From Myxococcota bacterium (lineage in GTDB: Bacteria; Myxococcota; XYA12-FULL-58-9; JALHOP01), in contig JBGGMJ010000188.1 of NCBI GenBank assembly GCA_041288095.1, forward strand, positions 32,001-96,000: a stretch of DNA of 64,000 bases. Direction: 5' to 3'. Numbering within the stretch: position 1 is the stretch's first letter; each line of letters starts with the position of its first letter. This document shows, one piece after another, positions 21,150 through 30,131 of this stretch. The translations under genes were made by a program, and so were the position numbers. The notes under the pieces are model-generated. The model was not told where the DNA came from. It worked only from the letters and a program-made list of their open reading frames with translations, and made no database searches.

Positions 21150-23492
21150 ATGCCAGTGCGAGTGTCGCGGCTCATCGCCTGCGTCTGCGTTGCCGTGCTC
21201 CCCATAGCAACCGCTCTAACGGCCCCATGGCGTGACGCGCTGCTCTGCGCCGCGTTATTCGTTGGTGTCACGCTTCTCGCGATGAGCGGCAGAGGTATCC
21301 GATTTCTGCCCAATCTCGTCGCCATCGTCATCCTCGGCGCGCTAGGGGTTACTTTGCTCCAATGCGTGCCGCTCCCCAAAGCCCTGCTCGAAATGCTCTC
21401 TCCCGGCGCGGCGGAGGTTTATGCAGTCACGATCCCGGACGGGGCGTTCCTCCCGCTAAGTCTCGATGTGCCAGCAACGGCTCATTGGGTCATCAAGCTT
21501 CTCGCGCTGTACGCCGGAGCGGTCATGGCGCCGGTGCTGTTCGGCACCCGTGACGATCGACGGTGGATTATTGCAGCGGTTGCGACGAGCGGTCTGGTTC
21601 TGCTCGTGCTTTCCCTCATGACCGCGGGCGTGGTCCCGGGCACCACGCCACTGCGTGGACCTATCAACAACCCCAACCATGCCGCGACGTTCTTCGGGCT
21701 CGCGAGCCTGCTTGCCGGCGCGGGGTGGACGCGCGACGATGAGCCTCGATGGCCTTTGTACGCGATAGCGTGCGTTGCGTGTGGCGCCGCCGTGCTCCTT
21801 ACCTTGTCGCGCGGCGCGGCCCTGAGCTTCGTCGTAGCCACCGTCGCGGCTCTCGTTGTTTGGTATCGTGGATCGCGTAGGCGAAAGTCCGTCGGGTTGG
21901 CGTTAGCGGCCGCCGCAATTGCCTTGGCTGGCTTGGTTTTCTGGATCGTGCGGTCGGAGTCCGCATGGGCGGCCGATCAAGTGGACAAGACACAACTGTG
22001 GCCACTAGCGATGAGGATGATTCCGAGCTTCCCTTGGGTGGGCATCGGTCGCGGTGCATTCGCGACTGTGTTCACGCGCTATAATGAGTTTCCACTCGAC
22101 GTCACCTTTACTCACGCCGAGAATGAGTACTTGCAGGCCATCATCGACTTGGGCGTGCCATTCGCGCTGATCATGATGGGACTGCTCGCGTTTCAGGTGT
22201 TGTCCATCATCCGTCGCGCACGACGCCGCGTCGATATCGTCTTGATTGTTGCCTTGCTCTTCGTTGCGTCGCGCGAGCTCGTCGACTTCGGCAGCACGCG
22301 GCTCGCTATTTCACTGCCCTGTGTCTTTATTATGTCCGCGTTAGCGAGCGACAGGCGTCCGCGAATGGACGGCTTTCGTGGCTGGCGCGCGTTGCTGGTT
22401 CCGGTCGGAGTTGCCCTGTTGCTCGTCGCGAGTGCAGCGCAGGCAATCCCCTTCGAGCTAGGTCGAGATACGCGCGTGATGGCGGCGTTGCCGTACGATG
22501 CGCACTCGGCCGCGCGGCGCATCCTAGAGCGCCACCCCGCGGACTTCGTGCTGCGCGCGCTGCGCGTCTCCCGCGGCCTGGAGTCCAAGGCCTTGGACCG
22601 CGCTCTCTGGCACGACCTGAATGCGGTGTTGTTTCTCGCTCCCATGCACGCGACGCCACACCGACTCACCGGCCGAGCGCTCTTCATGGCTGGCCATCAC
22701 GCACAGGCCCTGAGCGAATATCGCACGGCGATTCACATCGACCGCGCCAAGACTTCTCAAATCATCGAGGAGCTCGCGCGCACGCAGGCTAGCGACGACG
22801 AGCTTGCCTCTCTGGGCGATGAGCCAGCCGCCCGAGAACCGCTCGGCATCCACTTTCTGCGGCGGCATCAGCCAGGTCGTGTGCTTGCGGTGCTGGGAGA
22901 GCTCGATGAAAAGAGCTCAGCCGTAGCAGTGGAGCTCACCGCGCGGGCCGCCTTGGAGCTTGGCGATGTCACACGCGCACTCGACTTGGCCGGTACCCTG
23001 ATCGCGCGTGCGCCGAATTATCACGCTGGCTACGAAGTCGAGTACCGGGCGAGATCGCGGCTCGGCGATAGCGAGCAGGCAGAGGCAATCCTCGCGCGTG
23101 GCACGACCATGTTGCCGACCTCGCGCGAGCTCGCGCAGCTTGCAGTCGAGCGCGCGCTAGCCGGTGGTCGCGCGCAGGAAGCGCGCGGGCTCGCCCAGGG
23201 ATATCTCATGCGTGCCGGATCGGCTGCCGATATGGCTCAGGCCCATGTGTGGATTGCTAGCAGCCATGAGCAGGAAGGCAACCTCTCGAGGGCGATGCGC
23301 GATGTCACGCGCGCGGCCGAGCTCGCACCGGACGACGCTGTCGTTCGCGTTTCGATGGTGCGCCTGTTATGCGCCATGGGAGACGCGGCGGGAGCGCAGC
23401 GTGAGCTGGCCGTCGCTCGCAGGATCCTCGGCGACACGGACGCGCTAAAAGCTCTCGAGGCGCTCGTCGCACGAACCACCGACTCTCATTGA
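21150..23492 (+). CDS. O-antigen ligase/O-oligosaccharyltransferase-like (Wzy_C) membrane protein with C-terminal TPRs
   Basis: About 12 TMs; NNPNH, TLSRGA, GIGRGAF and HAENEYLQ motifs; helical TPR-like C-terminus. Confidence 0.8.
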   Translation: MPVRVSRLIACVCVAVLPIATALTAPWRDALLCAALFVGVTLLAMSGRGIRFLPNLVAIVILGALGVTLLQCVPLPKALLEMLSPGAAEVYAVTIPDGAFLPLSLDVPATAHWVIKLLALYAGAVMAPVLFGTRDDRRWIIAAVATSGLVLLVLSLMTAGVVPGTTPLRGPINNPNHAATFFGLASLLAGAGWTRDDEPRWPLYAIACVACGAAVLLTLSRGAALSFVVATVAALVVWYRGSRRRKSVGLALAAAAIALAGLVFWIVRSESAWAADQVDKTQLWPLAMRMIPSFPWVGIGRGAFATVFTRYNEFPLDVTFTHAENEYLQAIIDLGVPFALIMMGLLAFQVLSIIRRARRRVDIVLIVALLFVASRELVDFGSTRLAISLPCVFIMSALASDRRPRMDGFRGWRALLVPVGVALLLVASAAQAIPFELGRDTRVMAALPYDAHSAARRILERHPADFVLRALRVSRGLESKALDRALWHDLNAVLFLAPMHATPHRLTGRALFMAGHHAQALSEYRTAIHIDRAKTSQIIEELARTQASDDELASLGDEPAAREPLGIHFLRRHQPGRVLAVLGELDEKSSAVAVELTARAALELGDVTRALDLAGTLIARAPNYHAGYEVEYRARSRLGDSEQAEAILARGTTMLPTSRELAQLAVERALAGGRAQEARGLAQGYLMRAGSAADMAQAHVWIASSHEQEGNLSRAMRDVTRAAELAPDDAVVRVSMVRLLCAMGDAAGAQRELAVARRILGDTDALKALEALVARTTDSH

Positions 23493-24706
23493 GCGTTTGC
23501 CACGCGCTCGACCACATCGCAGAACCCGCCACAAAGGCGTTGCTTACTGAATCTATGCTCGGCCAGTTGCCGCGCTTTTTTTCCCAACGCGTCGAGCTCG
23601 TGCTGAGGCATCACTGTGACGCGCTCAAGAAGGCGCTCTGCCGCGTCAACATCGCCGTGGGCAACGCGCCAGCCGATGCCATGGTCTTGGACCACGCGAT
23701 CGATATGGGAGGCCGCGGGGCCGAGATAGATGATTGGCCGGCCAGCGGCCAACGCACCGTACAACTTGCTCGGGTGGACAATGCCGCGCATGGCGTCACC
23801 CAAGGAGACCAGGTGAACATCCGCGGCGGACAGCGAAAAACGCAAGCGCTCCAGCGGTTCGTACGGCAGGCTCACCACGTTGGCGATGGGGTCCCGCGCG
23901 AGCTCGGCGTCGAGGCGCTTCTTACCTTCTCCCCCCCCCACCACGTAAATGCGCAAGCCTTGAAGGTGTGTCACCCGCCGCGCAGCCTCGATGAACGTCG
24001 TCACGGGCGAGGCAGTGCTCAAGTTGCCGCTGAACATCACGACGCGCTTCCCCACGAGGTCGTGCTCCGCGCGAAAAGGGTTTTGCGCGTGCTCGACCGG
24101 CTCGATGTAGTCATCGAGCGGCCACGGCGGTAGCACCGTCATGCGATCAGCAAGGGCCCCCTTGGCGCGCATCCGAACGGCCATGTCATCGTCGAGCACC
24201 ACGAGGTGATCTGCCGTGCGCGCGATACGATTATTCCAGGCTCGCAGCGCGATGACCGCCGGATGGCGCTCCGAAAGTCGTCCGAGAGCGACGATCTGAT
24301 CAGGGTTCACGTCCATCACCCAGTACAGCAGCGGCACTCGGTGGATGCGCGCCAACGCCTTCCCCACGAGGGACGACAGAGGTGGTGATGTGCCAACGAT
24401 GACGATGTCAGGCTTGAAGCCGCGCAGGCTGCGCAGGGTGCTCTGCAGCACGAAGCCCGCCGACCCGGCAATGCGATGACCGACGCTACTCTTCCCGAAT
24501 GACGACCACGGCACGCGTAGAACCTCGACGCCGCCCATCATCTCGTGTGCTGGAAAGGTGAGCGTCGGATCGTCGTAGCCATGGCGCGACGTCACGACGC
24601 GCACGGTCGCGCCGCGCTTGGCGAGCTCCGCCGTGGCCTGGAACAAATGCTCGCCGACCGCGCCCGGCTCCGGCGCAAATACCTGAGAGACGAGCAGCGC
24701 GCGCAT
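23486..24706 (-). CDS. GT4 glycosyltransferase (WcaI/WbuB-like)
   Basis: SQVFAPE, TSPP, WVMDVNPD, FSGN and PSKLYGALAAGRP motifs. Confidence 0.85.
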   Translation of the reverse strand: MRALLVSQVFAPEPGAVGEHLFQATAELAKRGATVRVVTSRHGYDDPTLTFPAHEMMGGVEVLRVPWSSFGKSSVGHRIAGSAGFVLQSTLRSLRGFKPDIVIVGTSPPLSSLVGKALARIHRVPLLYWVMDVNPDQIVALGRLSERHPAVIALRAWNNRIARTADHLVVLDDDMAVRMRAKGALADRMTVLPPWPLDDYIEPVEHAQNPFRAEHDLVGKRVVMFSGNLSTASPVTTFIEAARRVTHLQGLRIYVVGGGEGKKRLDAELARDPIANVVSLPYEPLERLRFSLSAADVHLVSLGDAMRGIVHPSKLYGALAAGRPIIYLGPAASHIDRVVQDHGIGWRVAHGDVDAAERLLERVTVMPQHELDALGKKARQLAEHRFSKQRLCGGFCDVVERVANAQ

Positions 24707-25359
24707 CAGAGGTCATGCCACCCTGGGTCGCGGACCTTGATGACGCGCGAGGGAACACCGACCGTGGTGACATTCGCGGGTACGTGCGTGGTCAACGAAG
24801 CTCCGGCACCGATGATTGACCACTCTCCGACCGTGACGCTCTGGATCGTGGTGCTGCCGATGCCCATGTCGCTGCCGGTGCCTACGCGCGTGCCGCCGGC
24901 GAGGCTGACGCGGGGCGCAAGGGTGACGAAGTCGTCGAGGACGCAGTCATGGGAGACCGTGGAGCCAACGTTGACGATGACGTGCGACCCGAGCTGTACG
25001 TCGCAGGTGATGACCGCTCCAGCGCACACCATGGAGCCGGTCCCGATGCTCACACGCGCGCCTATGCTGGCGCGGGGATGAATGAGTGTCGCGAAGCGCG
25101 CGCCATGAAGGGCCGATACGACCCGCCGGCGGTGAACGCTGTTGCCGATGGCGACGGTAACCGCGACCGACGAGCGCGACCGCAGCCAGTCCCCTCCACC
25201 GAGCACACGACCTCCACCGAGCGTCATCCCGTGTCTCGCCGCGTCGTCATCGAGAAAGCCCAAAAATGACCACGTAGGCCGGGCGGCGTTCACATCGTCC
25301 ACCAATTGGGCAATCTCTCGGGCGTGACCGCCACTACCGTAGATGACGAGCTCATGCAT
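24706..25359 (-). CDS. PglD/NeuD-family sugar acetyltransferase
   Basis: IYGSGGHAREI, GFLDD, AIGN, HDCVL, hexapeptide repeats and GVPSRVIK; start 25359 or 25365. Confidence 0.85.
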   Translation of the reverse strand: MHELVIYGSGGHAREIAQLVDDVNAARPTWSFLGFLDDDAARHGMTLGGGRVLGGGDWLRSRSSVAVTVAIGNSVHRRRVVSALHGARFATLIHPRASIGARVSIGTGSMVCAGAVITCDVQLGSHVIVNVGSTVSHDCVLDDFVTLAPRVSLAGGTRVGTGSDMGIGSTTIQSVTVGEWSIIGAGASLTTHVPANVTTVGVPSRVIKVRDPGWHDL

Positions 25360-25966
25360 GATCATTTCCCAGGAACTCGGGCATCGTCGCGTGTCCAGCT
25401 GCACTGATACCGTGACGCATGAGTACGCTCCAGGCCGTCTCGACGAGAATGCGTGCGTCCAGAAGGAGGCTCCAGTTGTCCACGTACCAGATATCGAGAT
25501 CGAATTTCTGCTCCCATGTGAGCGAGTTACGGCCACGCACTTGAGCGAGTCCCGTGAGTCCGGGTGGTACCTCGTGCCGTCGCGCTTGGCGATCGCTGTA
25601 GCGGTCGAGGTACCGCGTGAGTAGGGGCCGGGGTCCGACGAGGCTCATGTCGCCATGCAGAACATTCAGCAGGGTAGGCAGCTCATCGATGCTGGTGGTC
25701 CGTAGTAGAAGACCAAGTCGTGTCAATCGCTCGCCGTCCGGCGCACCCTGAGGCTCATCGCGCATCGTGCGGAACTTGCGCAGCTTGAACGGTCTTCCGT
25801 GCAAGCCGGGCCGCTCCTGGACGAACAGCACTGGACTGCCCATCGACACACGAATTGCCAGCGCCGCCGCCGCCACGATCGGCGATGAGACGGTGAGACC
25901 GGCCGCCGCGATGCCTATGTCCACAACCCGCTTCAAACGCCGTGATTTGATGATACGTGCCAGCAC
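25352..25966 (-). CDS. PglC-like initiating phosphoglycosyl transferase
   Basis: [34 protein letters not shown] and [11 protein letters not shown] motifs. Confidence 0.9.
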   Translation of the reverse strand: MLARIIKSRRLKRVVDIGIAAAGLTVSSPIVAAAALAIRVSMGSPVLFVQERPGLHGRPFKLRKFRTMRDEPQGAPDGERLTRLGLLLRTTSIDELPTLLNVLHGDMSLVGPRPLLTRYLDRYSDRQARRHEVPPGLTGLAQVRGRNSLTWEQKFDLDIWYVDNWSLLLDARILVETAWSVLMRHGISAAGHATMPEFLGNDHA

Positions 25967-25969
25967 GAG

Positions 25970-27895
25970 TTAGTTGAGGACAGGGGGACGAGTGGTGTCC
26001 GCTTTCGCGACGTCGCCGCCCGCAGGCTTGGTTTGGGGATGATACTCCGGAACGGCCGCGCTCAGCGCTGCGCGAATCTCGGACGGGTCGGCTCTGCCAA
26101 TAAGGCTCGCCATGCGCTCGACCAAGGCGGCGGCTTCTTCGAGCCCCCTCGTCGTCGTACGCGCCACGAAGACCTTGTCGTGGGTCGTGCGCTCCGCTGA
26201 CTCACCGTCGAGCACCAGCTCCTCGAAGAGCTTCTCACCCGGACGAATACCAGTGAACTCGATTGCGATGTCTTCGTCGGGCTCCAATCCTGACAGCCGA
26301 ATCAAGTCGCGCGCGAGATCTACGATCTTCACCGAGTCTCCCATGTCGAGGATGAAGATTTCGCCACCGCGGCCCATGGTCGCTGCTTGCACGACGAGCT
26401 GACAAGCTTCTGGCACCGTCATGAAGTAGCGGCGCATTTCTGGATGCGTGACGGTGATCGGCCCGCCGCGAGCGATCTGTTCCTTGAAGAGCGGCACGAC
26501 GCTGCCCGCCGATCCCAAGACGTTGCCGAAGCGCACGGCGACGAACTTGGTGCGACTGCTGCTCGAAAGAGCTTGGATGTAGATCTCGGAAAGGCGCTTC
26601 GTAACTCCCATGACGGAGGTTGGGTTGACTGCCTTGTCTGTCGAGATCATGACGAACTGACGCACCTCGTGGCGGTGCGCGAGGTCGGCCAGAGTACGCG
26701 TCCCGAGCAGGTTGTTCTTGATGGCCTCGCCGGGATTCCACTCCATCATGGGCACATGTTTGTGCGCCGCGGCATGAAAGACCACCTCGGGCGTCTCGCG
26801 CGAGAATATTTGGCTCATCGTCGGCTCGTCGCCAACGTCGGCAACGAGCGGCAAGATCTGGAGGCTTGCCCACTGCGCGACGAGCTCCCGGTGAATCTCG
26901 AAAAGGGCGTTCTCCGAGCGCTCTACCAGGAGCAAACGCGCTGGGCCGAAGCGGCACACCTGCCGGCATAGCTCCGAACCAATGCTGCCGCCGGCGCCCG
27001 TGACCATCACTACGCGTCCGCTAACGCGGTCGGAAATGGAATGCTCGTCGAGCAAGACCGGGTCACGGCGCAAAAGGTCATCGATCGCCACCGAACGAAT
27101 GCGCGTGAGGTTAACCGTGCCACCGACGATCTCATAGAGGCCAGGAATCATCTTGGTCGGTAGACCGAGCTGCCGGCAGCGGCTTTCGATACTTCGAACG
27201 ACCGCGCCGGGTGCATTGGCGATTGTGATGAGCACCTGGTCGAACTCGTGCTCCTCCGCGATGCGCGGCAGGTCGTTCATCGTTCCCAGCACCGGGATTC
27301 CGAAGATGTCGGTACCGATCTTTGTTGCCTCGTCATCGATGAAGGCGACAGGCACCATGCCCAAATCCGGTCTTCGGCTCATTTCACGCGCCACGGCAAC
27401 GCCGCTCTCTCCCGCGCCCACCAAAAGCGTACGCAATCGCGCGTTGGAGAGTGGCATGCGTCGTTCGCGCTCTGCATGCTCGCCCAGGATGCGTCGGATC
27501 GCTCGCAAACCAGTGGTGCCGAGCAGGACGAGAGCCGCGTTGATCGAGAGCACGCCGAGCGGCAGCGACGCGAATCGCGCCCACTCGCTTTCGTCCGTGT
27601 GCATTCCGGCGATCAAGCGCACGAACACCAAGAACGAAGAGCTCGCCATGACCGCAACAGCGATGCGGCTTGCCTCGCGCAGACCGATGTAGCGCCACGA
27701 AAAGCGGGTGACGCGAGACGCTAGAAGGACGAGGAACTCCAGGACGATGACATACGGCCAAGCGACGAGGTGTCGCGAGAGCATGTCTTCGTCGGGCTGC
27801 CAATCGAAGCGCAGCGCCACCGCGAGCCAGAACGCGAGCGACAGGACCGCCACATCCAGCGCGTTCTGCGTCGTTCTGTTGAGGAGCTTCGTCAT
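25970..27895 (-). CDS. PglF/CapD-like UDP-GlcNAc 4,6-dehydratase
   Basis: N-terminal TMs; GAGGSIGSEL, HAAAHKHVP, STDKAVNPT, RFGNVLGS and RPGEKLFEEL motifs. Confidence 0.92.
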   Translation of the reverse strand: MTKLLNRTTQNALDVAVLSLAFWLAVALRFDWQPDEDMLSRHLVAWPYVIVLEFLVLLASRVTRFSWRYIGLREASRIAVAVMASSSFLVFVRLIAGMHTDESEWARFASLPLGVLSINAALVLLGTTGLRAIRRILGEHAERERRMPLSNARLRTLLVGAGESGVAVAREMSRRPDLGMVPVAFIDDEATKIGTDIFGIPVLGTMNDLPRIAEEHEFDQVLITIANAPGAVVRSIESRCRQLGLPTKMIPGLYEIVGGTVNLTRIRSVAIDDLLRRDPVLLDEHSISDRVSGRVVMVTGAGGSIGSELCRQVCRFGPARLLLVERSENALFEIHRELVAQWASLQILPLVADVGDEPTMSQIFSRETPEVVFHAAAHKHVPMMEWNPGEAIKNNLLGTRTLADLAHRHEVRQFVMISTDKAVNPTSVMGVTKRLSEIYIQALSSSSRTKFVAVRFGNVLGSAGSVVPLFKEQIARGGPITVTHPEMRRYFMTVPEACQLVVQAATMGRGGEIFILDMGDSVKIVDLARDLIRLSGLEPDEDIAIEFTGIRPGEKLFEELVLDGESAERTTHDKVFVARTTTRGLEEAAALVERMASLIGRADPSEIRAALSAAVPEYHPQTKPAGGDVAKADTTRPPVLN

Positions 27896-29025
27896 TCCCG
27901 GCGTGCTTCCAAGATATGGCCGATGACTTCGTCGCGCTCGTGGTCAGTCATCGACGAGCCGCTAGGCAAACACAGACCAATTTCAAACAAGCCCTGAGCG
28001 ACTGACCCGCCGACGCAGCGGCAATCCGCGAAGACCGGCTGCAGATGCATCGGCTTCCAGACAGGGCGCGCCTCGATGAGGCGAGTATCGAGATGCAAAC
28101 GAATCTGTTCGCGATCGCGGCCAAATACCTCCGGCTCCAGAAGGAGGCATGTCAGCCAGAACGTGCAGCGGCCATAGCTCGCCTCGGGCATGAACGTGAC
28201 ACCAGGAAGTCTCGCGAGGTGCTCCCGATATCCTTGATTGTGAGCGCGGCGACGCGCGACACGCGCGTCCAGGGTCTCCAACTGCCCGCGTCCAACCGCC
28301 GCGAGGAGGTTGCTCATGCGATAGTTGTAGCCGATTTCGCGATGTTCGTAGTGCGGCGCTGGCTCGCGCGCTTGTGTCGACAAATGCCGGGCACGCGCGA
28401 TGAGCCGCGCGTCTTGGCCGAGCAGCATGCCACCGCCGCTCGTCGTGATGATCTTGTTGCCATTGAAGGAAATAACCGCGAGCGACCCGAACGAGCCCGC
28501 CGGTTTGTCGCCGCACGTTGCACCCAGGGCTTCAGCGGCGTCCTCGATGAGTGGGACGTCGTGACGCTCGCAGATCTCAGCGATTCGCGAGTAGTCACAA
28601 CATTGCCCGTAGATATCGACGGTGATGACCGCCCGGATGCGGCGGTTGGCGCGCCGTGCGGCGGTGAGCTCCTCGTCCAAAAGGTCGGGGTCGAGAGTCC
28701 ACGTGTCGCGCCGGCAGTCGACGAATACCGGCGTTGCTCCGGTATAGCGGACAGCGTTGGCGGTTGCGGCAAAGGTGAGCGTCGGTAGCAAGACCTCGTC
28801 GCCTGGTCCAATGCCGTAGAGCACTAGAGCAAGATGAAGGGCGGCTGTACCGCTCGAGAGGGCCAAGCAATGCTCGACGCCTGTCACGGTGCTGATCTCG
28901 CGTTCGAAAGCGTCGACGTGAGGGCCCAGTGGCGCGAGCCAATTGGAATCGAAGGCGTCGAGTAAGAGCTCGCGCTCACGGGGACCGGCGTCGGGCGGCG
29001 AAAGGTAAAGGCGCTTCGTTCTCAT
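27892..29025 (-). CDS. PglE/DegT-family aminotransferase
   Basis: SSGTAALHL, IEDAAEALG, SFNGNKIITTSGGG, GYNYRMSN and LCLPSGS motifs. Confidence 0.92.
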   Translation of the reverse strand: MRTKRLYLSPPDAGPRERELLLDAFDSNWLAPLGPHVDAFEREISTVTGVEHCLALSSGTAALHLALVLYGIGPGDEVLLPTLTFAATANAVRYTGATPVFVDCRRDTWTLDPDLLDEELTAARRANRRIRAVITVDIYGQCCDYSRIAEICERHDVPLIEDAAEALGATCGDKPAGSFGSLAVISFNGNKIITTSGGGMLLGQDARLIARARHLSTQAREPAPHYEHREIGYNYRMSNLLAAVGRGQLETLDARVARRRAHNQGYREHLARLPGVTFMPEASYGRCTFWLTCLLLEPEVFGRDREQIRLHLDTRLIEARPVWKPMHLQPVFADCRCVGGSVAQGLFEIGLCLPSGSSMTDHERDEVIGHILEARRE

Positions 29026-30131
29026 CCGTCGCCCTTGACCGCTAGAGCGGTCGCTGCTGCAACCAGTGAGCTGTATGACGCCGATGCTCGTTCGGCAAGG
29101 AGGCGCTGGGCGCGGCTCACCTTGCGCGAGCGTAGGTCGGGGTCTGCGAGCATCCGTGCGATGCTGTCTCTTAGCGATGCGACATCGGTTGGATCGAAAT
29201 AGTCGGCCGCATCACCACAGATCTCGCGCGCGTAAGGCCGATCCGCCGCCAGAATAGGCACACCGAGACTCATCGCCTCGAGCAAGGGCAAGCCGACTGT
29301 CTCGACCAATGAGGGGAAAACCAACAAGTCGCTTGCTTCATAAGCGGCGCGCAGTTGACCACGGGTCGACAGCTTCAATACCTCGACGCCAGGTTGCGTC
29401 GTGGAAAACGCATCCGGAGACGCAAGCAGCAGCCGCGCGTTGGTTGTGCTTCGTACGCCCGCGAACGCATCCAGCAGCCGCTCGAGGTTCTTGTAGGCGA
29501 TGGTGTTGCCAACGTAGAGCAGGGTAGCGCGAGTCGGAGCTCGCAGTTGCGCGAGCAACATTTCGTCCACCGGCGGAAAGGATGGCGGCGGTGCTTGGAA
29601 GACCCGCACCCGCGCGTCCGGCACATCGAACGCCTGCACGACCGCGTTGCGCATGACTTCGGTCTGAACTCCAACGAGATCGGCACGCCGCGCCGACCTT
29701 CGCATCACTTCACGGATAGCGGCCACGCGCCATCGTGCTCTCGTCGGCAGGGCCCGGAGAGCCTCGGCGGAGAACGGCAGCGATTGCTGGATGAAGAGAA
29801 GGAGCGGCACCCGACTCGCGCCGACACCGCCGTTAGCCAGACACAGGAACGCGGACGCTCCTTGCCGTTTGGCCGCAATCGTGGACAAGCCCAGGTTCCA
29901 CGCAACCCGCGCCATGGTGTTGCTCGAAGCCGTGTCGCACTCCACGACCCGCAGCTTCCGCGAAAGAGGAAGCTCGAACCGGCGGTCGCGCCGCGGAGAA
30001 GCGAAGACGACGACGTCGTCGACGGAGTCGTGCGTGATCGCCGCCTCGACGACGCCCATGCCCACGACCGCGACGCCGCTATGACGTGCGCCGACGATAT
30101 CGATTGCTAGGCGCATGGGCGGATGCGTCAA
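29022..30131 (-). CDS. GT4 glycosyltransferase
   Basis: YKNL and FPSLVETVGLPLLEAM motifs. Confidence 0.85.
   Translation of the reverse strand: MTHPPMRLAIDIVGARHSGVAVVGMGVVEAAITHDSVDDVVVFASPRRDRRFELPLSRKLRVVECDTASSNTMARVAWNLGLSTIAAKRQGASAFLCLANGGVGASRVPLLLFIQQSLPFSAEALRALPTRARWRVAAIREVMRRSARRADLVGVQTEVMRNAVVQAFDVPDARVRVFQAPPPSFPPVDEMLLAQLRAPTRATLLYVGNTIAYKNLERLLDAFAGVRSTTNARLLLASPDAFSTTQPGVEVLKLSTRGQLRAAYEASDLLVFPSLVETVGLPLLEAMSLGVPILAADRPYAREICGDAADYFDPTDVASLRDSIARMLADPDLRSRKVSRAQRLLAERASASYSSLVAAATALAVKGDG

Noticed and set aside
23931..23939. Poly-C tract in a GT4 gene as a phase-variation site
   Set aside because: It encodes the in-frame VGGG motif common to GT4 enzymes, the ORF is intact, and there is no evidence of slippage without reads.
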